This document shows positions 56,583 to 64,000 of a stretch of 64,000 bases of DNA, in pieces; positions within the stretch are counted from its first letter, which is position 1; the number at the start of each line of letters is the position of its first letter. The notes below the pieces were generated by a model. It did no database searches and was not told where the DNA came from. It saw nothing but the letters and a program-made list of their open reading frames with translations. The stretch lies in IMG/VR virus record IMGVR_UViG_3300031951_000001, positions 186,001 to 250,000 of that record; one strand, given 5' to 3'. The position numbers were made by a program, and so were the translations under genes.

Positions 56583-57965
56583 ATGGCGTCAAACAAAAAT
56601 TTCGATTATTTAGGGTCTTCTTTTCAGGTTCAATTATTAAATCAAATTATCGTAGATAAGGATTTTGGAAGGTCCATCATTGACGTTATAGAACAACAGT
56701 ATTTCGAAAACAAGTACTTCAAAATCATAATTCAAATGATTAGGGAGTATCACTCAAAGTACGAACACGTACCTACTTTCGATACGTTAGAACAAATAAC
56801 AAAGGCGGAGTTACAACAAGAGTTGGCATCTAAAATTGTTTTGGATACCATAACCAAGATTAAGGAAGTGCAAATCGAAGGTTCACAGTTTGTTCAAGAA
56901 AAGGCTCTCAAATTCTGTAAACAACAAGAATTACAAAAGGCGATTACGAAAGCTCAAAAAGTAATTGATGGTGGTGAATTTGAGAGTTATGACAAACTTG
57001 AAGAGTTGGTCAGAGAAGCGTTACAAGTTGGTGAAAGAGAAGATGGTATGGCTGATGTGTTCTCTAATCTCGATGATGTGTTAAATGAGGATTATCGTCA
57101 CCCTATCCCTATGGGAATACCGGGTATCGACAGATTGTTGAAAGGAGGTTTGGCCAAAGGAGAATTGGGAGTTATATTAGCACCCACGGGAGTTGGTAAA
57201 TCAACTTTCTTAACCAAAATAGCAAACCATTCATTTAACTTGGGATATAACGTACTTCAAATATTTTTCGAGGATAACCCAAAAATTATCCAACGTAAGC
57301 ATATTACTTTATGGACAAAGGTCCATCCTGATGAGTTGTCAAATAAGAAAGACGAGGTGATGGATAAGGTTCGTGAAGTACAAAGTAAAATGGAAAATAA
57401 ACTTATACTTAAAAAGTTACCTTCAGATACTTTGACAATGCTTCAAATCAAAAATCAACTTCGTAAGATGATTGCAGATGGTTTAAAGTTGGATATGGTA
57501 GTTTTGGATTATATCGATTGTATTGTACCAGATAAGAATTTGGGTGATGAATGGAAGAGTGAAGGTTCAGTTATGAGAGGATTTGAGGCGATGTGTCACG
57601 AATTAAATCTTGTGGGATGGACCGCTACTCAAGGTAATAGAAGTTCTATCTCCTCTGAAGTTGTAACCACGGACCAAATGGGAGGTTCTATCAAGAAGGC
57701 ACAGGTTGGTCACGTTATTATATCGGTGGCGAAAACCTTACAACAAAAGGAGATGAAACTTGCAACTATTGCCATTACTAAATCAAGAATTGGTGACGAT
57801 GGTATTGTGTTCGAAAACTGTAAGTTCGATAATGGTATGTTAGAGATTGACACTGAAAGTTCAGTAACATTCTTGGGACTTGAAGAACAGAAAGAAGAAA
57901 ACAACAGGCAGCGAATTAAAGATTTGCTTGAAAAAAGAAAACAAAGAGAACAACAAAATAATTAA
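56583..57965 (+). CDS. dnaB: Replicative DnaB-like helicase (gp41-like)
   Basis: [12 protein letters not shown], Walker [27 protein letters not shown]. Confidence 0.92.
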   Translation: MASNKNFDYLGSSFQVQLLNQIIVDKDFGRSIIDVIEQQYFENKYFKIIIQMIREYHSKYEHVPTFDTLEQITKAELQQELASKIVLDTITKIKEVQIEGSQFVQEKALKFCKQQELQKAITKAQKVIDGGEFESYDKLEELVREALQVGEREDGMADVFSNLDDVLNEDYRHPIPMGIPGIDRLLKGGLAKGELGVILAPTGVGKSTFLTKIANHSFNLGYNVLQIFFEDNPKIIQRKHITLWTKVHPDELSNKKDEVMDKVREVQSKMENKLILKKLPSDTLTMLQIKNQLRKMIADGLKLDMVVLDYIDCIVPDKNLGDEWKSEGSVMRGFEAMCHELNLVGWTATQGNRSSISSEVVTTDQMGGSIKKAQVGHVIISVAKTLQQKEMKLATIAITKSRIGDDGIVFENCKFDNGMLEIDTESSVTFLGLEEQKEENNRQRIKDLLEKRKQREQQNN

Positions 57966-57970
57966 TTAAT

Positions 57971-58918
57971 ATGGAGAAGATTTTAGTAGAAAACCCAAAT
58001 AGGTTTGTAATATTTCCTATCGAGCATAACGATATTTGGGAGTTTTATAAAATGCACCAAGCCGCATTTTGGACGGCTGAAGAGGTAGATTTGTCAGGTG
58101 ACATCAGAGACTGGCAAAATCTATCCGAAAATGAACAATACTTCGTTAAGAATGTTTTATCATTCTTTGCGGCATCTGACGGTATTGTTAATGAAAACTT
58201 AGCGGAGAACTTCTATCGTGAAGTTCAGTATCCCGAAGCAAAATTTTTCTACGGGATTCAATTAGCTATGGAAAATATCCACAGTTTGATGTATTCACTT
58301 TTGATTGACACCTATGTTTCAAATCCAAAAGAGAAAGACGAGTGTTTTCATGCTATTGACAGATTACCTGCGGTACAAAAGAAAGCAAAATGGGCTTTGG
58401 AATGGATTACAAATGCATCCTTTCAGGAAAGGTTAGTTGCCTTTGCGGCGGTTGAAGGTATATTCTTTTCGGGGTCGTTTTGCTCAATATTTTGGTTGAA
58501 ATCAAGAGGACTGATGCAGGGTTTGTGTAACGCAAACTCACTTATCTTTAAAGATGAAAATCTACATTGTGACTTCGCAATTCATTTGTTAAACAATCAC
58601 GTAGAAAACAAACCAAGTGAAAAAAGAATTAAAGAAATTCTATTGTCAGCTTTGGAGATTGAAAAAGAATTTATTACAGAATCATTACCAGTTTCACTTA
58701 TTGGTATGAATTCAAATCTAATGAAGCAATACCTTGAATTTGTAGTTGATGGACTACTCGTTAAGTTTGGTTGTAAGAAACATTTTAATGTTGAACAACC
58801 ATTTAAATTTATGGAGCAGATTGCAGTAGAAACAAAGGGTAATTTCTTTGAATCTAGAACTGTTGAATATCAAAAAGCAAAGTTGAATGAAACTTTGTCC
58901 TTTACCGACGACTTTTAA
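57971..58918 (+). CDS. nrdB: Class Ia ribonucleotide reductase beta subunit
   Basis: [28 protein letters not shown] (radical Tyr), [15 protein letters not shown]. Confidence 0.96.
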   Translation: MEKILVENPNRFVIFPIEHNDIWEFYKMHQAAFWTAEEVDLSGDIRDWQNLSENEQYFVKNVLSFFAASDGIVNENLAENFYREVQYPEAKFFYGIQLAMENIHSLMYSLLIDTYVSNPKEKDECFHAIDRLPAVQKKAKWALEWITNASFQERLVAFAAVEGIFFSGSFCSIFWLKSRGLMQGLCNANSLIFKDENLHCDFAIHLLNNHVENKPSEKRIKEILLSALEIEKEFITESLPVSLIGMNSNLMKQYLEFVVDGLLVKFGCKKHFNVEQPFKFMEQIAVETKGNFFESRTVEYQKAKLNETLSFTDDF

Positions 58919-58937
58919 TTTGTTATTTTTATAAACT

Positions 58938-61370
58938 ATGATGTCACTAAAAATTAAGAAACGTAGTGGAGACGATGCGTCGTTTAACCCACAGAAAATT
59001 TACAATAGAATTAAGCGAGCTGCTAAAGGTTTGAATGTTAATTCTGATGAGATTTTTATTAAGGTAATCACTTCAGTACCAACTGAAGGCGAGATTACCA
59101 CAAAAGAATTGGACAAATTGGTCTATGAAATAGCAGCTGCTTATACTGGTAGTCACCATGATTATTCTCGTCTTGCTTCATCGGTGGCAATTTCTGCTTA
59201 TCATAAAGAAACTAGCCCAAGTTTCTCAAATACAATGCATACATTACACGTTGATGGTATTATTAATGATAAGTTGATGGAAACCATTGAATTATACGGA
59301 CCAAGTAACATTGATGAGGTTATCAATCACGATAATGATTATAACTTTGACTACTTCGCTTGGAGGTCACTACAAGAAATGTATCTGTTAAAGTTACCAA
59401 GTGGTGAAACTGTTGAAAGACCACAACATATGTATATGCGTGTGGCTCTTTGGGTGACAAAGTCATTTGAACAGGCGGTGGAATATTACAAGTCCTTGTC
59501 AAGCCAACTTATATCACCGGCAACTCCTATTATGATTAACGCCGGTACAAAAGTACCACAACTTGCCTCTTGTGTTCTTCATTATAACGATTCTGACTCA
59601 AGAGAAGGTCTTTTGAATACAATGAGAGATATCTCAACTTATTCATCTGACGCCGCTGGTATCGGACTTTCAATGTCAAACATTCGTAGTAAGGAAAGTC
59701 GTATTTCATCATCAGGTGGATACGCAGGAGGACTTCTGAAGTATCTAAAGATTGTTAATGAATCACTTCGCTTCTTCAATCAACAAGGTCGTCGTCCTGG
59801 CTCCGCGGCAATTTATCTTGAGCCTTGGCATAAAGACATTTTTGACCTTTTAGATATTAAAAAGAATACCGGTGCTGAAGAATTGAGGGCTCGAGATTTA
59901 TTCACGGCTCTTTGGTTACCTGATAACTTCATGAAAGCTGTTAAAGAGAATGATGATTGGTATTTGTTCTGTCCTAATGACATCACAAAGTCAGGATTAA
60001 AGCCACTACAAGAATGTTTTGGAACAGAATATGATGAAAATTATAATAAGGCGGTTAATATGGGCCTTGGTAAAAAAGTTAAAGCCCAAGAAGTTTGGTC
60101 AAAAATTATTGAATCTCAAATTGAAACTGGAGTACCATATCTGTGTTCTAAAGATAACGCCAACAAAAAGACCAATCACCAAAACATTGGTGTTATTAAA
60201 CAATCAAACCTTTGTAATGAGATTTACCAATATACTGATGAAAATACAACAGCAATTTGTACATTGTCTTCAATGGTATTGAAGAACTTTGTTAAAGATG
60301 GAGAATTCAATCACCAACTTTTATATGAAGAAACTCGCAAAGTAGTAAGAGCTCTAAACAAAGTTGTTGATATTAATAGCTACTCAACAGAAAAAGGACG
60401 TAAGGGCGGTTTAGAACAGAGAGCAATTGCTATAGGTACTCAAGGACTTGCCGACGTATTCTATTTGATGGATTATATTTTTACGTCAGAAGAAGCTCGT
60501 AAGCTTAATAAAGAAATTTTTGAAACAATTTATTTTGCGTCGGTAACTGAAAGTTGCTCTCTCTGTAAGTCAGGAGAATACAAACCCTACAATTATTTCA
60601 ACGACTCACCAATGTCAAAAGGAGTATTTCAATTCGATATGTGGGGATTAACTGAGTCTGAACTTTCAGGAAGGTGGAACTGGAATTCATTAAAAGAAGA
60701 AGTTAAAGATTATGGAGTTTGTAACTCTCTATTCACGGCTCAAATGCCTGTGGCGTCATCGGCAAAAATTACAGGGTCGTATGAAATGACAGAACCGGCT
60801 CACTCGGCTATTTTTAACAGACGAGTTGTTGGGGGAGAAATCATGATTGTTAATAAGTATTTGATTAACGACTTTGAAAAGTTGGGTATTTGGTGTGAAG
60901 ACCTAAAGAATGAGATAATTTTAAACGAAGGGTCCATTCAAGGTATTAACTTCAATAATTACCTTGACCCCGAAGACAGACAATACAACAAAAAAGTTAA
61001 AAGAATTGAACACTTAATCCCAAAGTATAAAACAATTTGGGAAATATCTCAAAAAGAATTGATTGAGATGGCATCAGACAGAGGACCATTTATTGACCAA
61101 TCACAGTCAATGAATATCTACATGGGAAATCCATCTTTGTCAAAGATTTCATCATCACATTTTTATAGTTGGGAAAGGGGATTGAAAACACTTTGTTACT
61201 ATGTTAGAACAAAGGCGATTTCAACAGGGGCTAAACACTTGGCAGTTGATATATCAAAAACAACAAAACCAAATGTAACACCTGAACCACCAAAGGTTGA
61301 TTATAGTAGTATGAATTTACCACCAAAACCAGCGAACTCCGATTTCGAATGTTTCGGATGTTCATCATAG
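58938..61370 (+). CDS. nrdA: Class Ia ribonucleotide reductase alpha subunit with ATP cone
   Basis: N-terminal KIKKRSG ATP cone, ERPQH, ATP..NAG, SNLCNEI, YY pair, C-terminal CFGC. Confidence 0.96.
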   Translation: MMSLKIKKRSGDDASFNPQKIYNRIKRAAKGLNVNSDEIFIKVITSVPTEGEITTKELDKLVYEIAAAYTGSHHDYSRLASSVAISAYHKETSPSFSNTMHTLHVDGIINDKLMETIELYGPSNIDEVINHDNDYNFDYFAWRSLQEMYLLKLPSGETVERPQHMYMRVALWVTKSFEQAVEYYKSLSSQLISPATPIMINAGTKVPQLASCVLHYNDSDSREGLLNTMRDISTYSSDAAGIGLSMSNIRSKESRISSSGGYAGGLLKYLKIVNESLRFFNQQGRRPGSAAIYLEPWHKDIFDLLDIKKNTGAEELRARDLFTALWLPDNFMKAVKENDDWYLFCPNDITKSGLKPLQECFGTEYDENYNKAVNMGLGKKVKAQEVWSKIIESQIETGVPYLCSKDNANKKTNHQNIGVIKQSNLCNEIYQYTDENTTAICTLSSMVLKNFVKDGEFNHQLLYEETRKVVRALNKVVDINSYSTEKGRKGGLEQRAIAIGTQGLADVFYLMDYIFTSEEARKLNKEIFETIYFASVTESCSLCKSGEYKPYNYFNDSPMSKGVFQFDMWGLTESELSGRWNWNSLKEEVKDYGVCNSLFTAQMPVASSAKITGSYEMTEPAHSAIFNRRVVGGEIMIVNKYLINDFEKLGIWCEDLKNEIILNEGSIQGINFNNYLDPEDRQYNKKVKRIEHLIPKYKTIWEISQKELIEMASDRGPFIDQSQSMNIYMGNPSLSKISSSHFYSWERGLKTLCYYVRTKAISTGAKHLAVDISKTTKPNVTPEPPKVDYSSMNLPPKPANSDFECFGCSS

Positions 61371-61373
61371 TAC

Positions 61374-61399
61374 AAAATCCCGAGAAATCGGGATTTTTT
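61374..61399 (+). terminator. Intrinsic terminator (GAAA tetraloop) after nrdA
   Basis: aaaatcccga-gaaa-tcgggatttttt. Confidence 0.85.
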
Positions 61400-61418
61400 A
61401 TTTTAGATATTTATAGTT

Positions 61419-62042
61419 ATGGCAGTTTATAATGAGAACATAGAGTTGTTTAAATGTTTAGTGAGGGTTTCTCACTTTACTAAAAATCCTGAAGATGATA
61501 ATAAGTTTCATAAAGCCTATGCTTTCGCGATACAATCAATTGCCGGTAAAATTTTAACATTTCACGTAATGACCGATTATGGTATGATGAGGTCACGAGT
61601 ACCAATCTCTGAAATATTCTTAAAAGAACCCACCAATGACATACCTTTTCATTTTAAACAATTATGGGATTGTTTTTCAGAGAATGTAACGGTAACCACG
61701 TATGAATATTTATATGAAAAACGCTGTGAAGTTGTTTTAAGGGATGGGTCAAAAATTTGGGCAACTTATTTAATGACGGTTGATTGGTATAGAAATCCAT
61801 ATTCGGACGAACCTTCGGATTATAAGTGTGGGCACATACTTATTGCCGATGACGGTTACTTATTATGCCAACCAAATAATAGAATTTATTGGAGAGACTC
61901 AAATTGGGTAACAAATAAGTTTCCGATAGAACCAAAAAAAATAAAAGTTGATACCGAATTACCTTCTGTTGAAACTTTATCAGATAGGTGGGTTGCGGAA
62001 GATGGTGATAGTTACTACTATAATATAAAACAAACGGACTAG
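61419..62042 (+). CDS. Conserved phage hypothetical protein (LWDCFS / QPNNRI motifs)
   Basis: 207-aa ORF with TATTTATA 3 nt upstream (61408-15). Confidence 0.7.
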   Translation: MAVYNENIELFKCLVRVSHFTKNPEDDNKFHKAYAFAIQSIAGKILTFHVMTDYGMMRSRVPISEIFLKEPTNDIPFHFKQLWDCFSENVTVTTYEYLYEKRCEVVLRDGSKIWATYLMTVDWYRNPYSDEPSDYKCGHILIADDGYLLCQPNNRIYWRDSNWVTNKFPIEPKKIKVDTELPSVETLSDRWVAEDGDSYYYNIKQTD

Positions 62043-62054
62043 TATTTATATTAA

Positions 62055-62513
62055 ATGGCTTTAGGTAATACATACGGTATAAATTTTCCTTTTGCGGATT
62101 CGCAGACTGGTAAGTATCTGTTTTTAACTCAAACCGCAGATGAGGAAATTAGAACTGATTTAATTCACCTTCTTTTAACAAGAAAAGGTACTAGATATTT
62201 TTTACCTGATTTTGGAACAAGATTATATGAATTTATTTTTGAGCCATTAGATGGACCAACTTTTTCTGAAATAGAGGCGGAAATCCGTGAGTCGGTACAA
62301 GAATATTTACCTAATCTAACAATCACTCAAATTTCTGTTAAAGCGGCGTCTGAAGGTGAAGAAGGAAAGGGTGAATACGTAAATGATGATGGGCAGAAAG
62401 TTTATAGAGTACCGGGTATTGGTCAAATGGAGCATACCGCGGTTGTAAGAATTGACTACACAATTACAGATAGTGTTTTTAATAGTAGTGATTTTGTTAT
62501 AATTAATATTTAA
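62055..62513 (+). CDS. Baseplate wedge protein gp25-like
   Basis: LLLTRKGTRYFLPDFGTRLYEFIFEP; TATTTATA at 62043-50. Confidence 0.92.
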   Translation: MALGNTYGINFPFADSQTGKYLFLTQTADEEIRTDLIHLLLTRKGTRYFLPDFGTRLYEFIFEPLDGPTFSEIEAEIRESVQEYLPNLTITQISVKAASEGEEGKGEYVNDDGQKVYRVPGIGQMEHTAVVRIDYTITDSVFNSSDFVIINI

Positions 62514-62519
62514 TAGTAC

Positions 62520-64000
62520 ATGGCAAATAAGAAAATATCATATACCACCAGGGATTTTGAAGCAATAAGGACCGAACTTATTAATTTTACAAGAACGTAT
62601 TACCCCGACCTCATTGACAATGTTAATGACGCTGCCGTGTTTTCGGTATTGTTGGATTTGAACGCTGCGGTAACCGACAACCTCCACTTCAACATAGATA
62701 GAAGTATTCAAGAAACAGTATTACAATACGCTCAACAGAGGTCATCAATATATAATATTGCCAGAACTTACGGTTTAAAGGTACCAGGACAAAGACCATC
62801 AGTTGCGTTAGTTGATTTATCAATTACGGTACCGGCATTCGGAGATAAAGAAGATTTGAGATATTGCGGTATATTAAGAAGAGGGTCACAAGTTAATGGC
62901 GCCGGACAAGTTTTTGAAACTGTATATGACATTGATTTTTCTTCAGCGGTTAATGCTGAAGGTGCATCAAACAGGTTGGTAATACCAAATTTTGATTCAA
63001 ATAATATCCTTATTAATTATACAATCACTAAAAGAGAGACAGTTGTTAACGGTATTACAAAAGTATTTAAGAAGGTTATTACACCAAATGATGTGAAACC
63101 TTTTTATGAAGTTTTTTTACCTGAAAAAAATGTGTTAGGAGTTACAAGTGTTTTATTAAAAGATGGAACACAGTATGCAAGTGTACCATCTACCCAAGAA
63201 TTTTTAGGTTTAGATAATAGATGGTATGAAGTACAAGCACTTGCTCAAGATAGAGTTTTTGTTGAAGACCCAACTAAAACCGCCGACTCACCTGGTATTA
63301 AAGTAGGAAAATATATCACAACTTCTAATAAGTTTATTACCGAATTTACACCTGAAGGTTATATGAAAATGACCTTTGGAGGAGGAAGTCAATCTGCTGA
63401 TGAACAATTAAGAGAATTTGCGAGAAACGGGATGAAGTTGGATTTGTATAAATATTCAAACAACTTTGCTTTGGGTAGTACGTTAAAGTCAAATACAACA
63501 TTGTTCGTTCAGTATAGAATTGGAGGGGGATTAAGTAGTAATGTCGGTGTTAATGTAATAACACAAATAGGAACGGTTTCTTTTTACGTAAATGGTCCAT
63601 CTTCTTCAGTTAATACGAGTGTTGTTAATTCATTAAAATGTAACAATGTGACGGCGGCCATAGGTGGTGCGAATATACCAACGGTTGAAGAGGTTAGAAA
63701 TTTAGTAGGATTTAATTTTGCTGCTCAAAACAGAGCAGTGACTGTAAATGACTATGATTCAATCATAAGAACAATGCCGTCACAATTCGGGGCACCGGCT
63801 AAAGTGGCGATTACCGAAGAAAATAATAAAATTAAAATTCAAATGTTGGCTTACGATGAGACAGGTAATCTAACCGAGGTCATCTCAAATACTTTGAAAA
63901 ATAATGTTGCTAATTATTTGTCTAATTACAGAATGTTGAATGATTACATATCAGTTATGTCGGCAAATGTGGTTGACCTTTCAATAATAATTGAAGTTGT
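62520..64000 (+). CDS. Baseplate wedge protein gp6/J-like (3'-truncated), absent from ORF track
   Basis: MANKKISYTTRDFEAIRTELINF...AQQRSSIYNIARTYG...AQNRAVTVNDY; open to the window end. Confidence 0.9.
   Translation, partial: MANKKISYTTRDFEAIRTELINFTRTYYPDLIDNVNDAAVFSVLLDLNAAVTDNLHFNIDRSIQETVLQYAQQRSSIYNIARTYGLKVPGQRPSVALVDLSITVPAFGDKEDLRYCGILRRGSQVNGAGQVFETVYDIDFSSAVNAEGASNRLVIPNFDSNNILINYTITKRETVVNGITKVFKKVITPNDVKPFYEVFLPEKNVLGVTSVLLKDGTQYASVPSTQEFLGLDNRWYEVQALAQDRVFVEDPTKTADSPGIKVGKYITTSNKFITEFTPEGYMKMTFGGGSQSADEQLREFARNGMKLDLYKYSNNFALGSTLKSNTTLFVQYRIGGGLSSNVGVNVITQIGTVSFYVNGPSSSVNTSVVNSLKCNNVTAAIGGANIPTVEEVRNLVGFNFAAQNRAVTVNDYDSIIRTMPSQFGAPAKVAITEENNKIKIQMLAYDETGNLTEVISNTLKNNVANYLSNYRMLNDYISVMSANVVDLSIIIEV

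Noticed and set aside
21814-61370. Inteins or introns in polB, dnaB, recA or nrdA
   Set aside because: Lengths and motif spacing are normal, with no intein terminal motifs or frame breaks seen.
57971-61370. Eukaryotic or giant-virus origin suggested by eukaryote-like RNR, SNF2 and mucin-like proteins
   Set aside because: Contractile tail genes, bacterial promoters and terminators, and operon structure indicate a bacteriophage; this RNR subclass also occurs in bacteria.
1-64000. Alternative genetic code (stop-codon reassignment)
   Set aside because: Conserved genes are full length in the standard code, and TAA, TAG and TGA all terminate genes at expected ends.
1-64000. tRNA or rRNA genes
   Set aside because: Intergenic gaps are short and AT-rich, and I saw no cloverleaf or T-loop signature.

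Overview
This 64 kb window is from a large, AT-rich, T4-like myovirus (jumbo-phage type) read in the standard genetic code. From left to right it holds: (1) a glycan-modification pair, namely a 5'-truncated GT-like gene and a TylF O-methyltransferase/HtrL-like/GT-A triple fusion; (2) three very large modular proteins (3705, 1413 and 958 aa) built from shared Ig-like, Cys-rich and beta-propeller modules joined by Pro/Thr-rich linkers, one carrying an intact metzincin protease; (3) a family B DNA polymerase; (4) a minus-strand block of neck protein, Fe/Mn-SOD fused to a nuclease-like domain, and SNF2 helicase; (5) a contractile tail module (neck, terminator, sheath, tube, chaperone with a candidate +1 frameshift, tape measure, OmpA-containing tube initiator, gp53-like wedge, hub); (6) a replication/recombination/RNR block (gp32-like SSB, RecA/UvsX, 5'-3' exonuclease, DnaB, nrdB, nrdA); and (7) gp25 plus a truncated gp6 baseplate gene. 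Two promoter classes are visible: a TATTTATA-type motif before most structural genes and canonical TTGACA-N17-TATAAT-type promoters before replication genes. Three small ORFs missing from the ORF track were found. The host is possibly Bacteroidota (inference from absent Shine-Dalgarno leaders and the domain repertoire). I saw no tRNA, CRISPR array, integrase or reverse transcriptase. All family assignments come from motif recognition by eye, not database searches.
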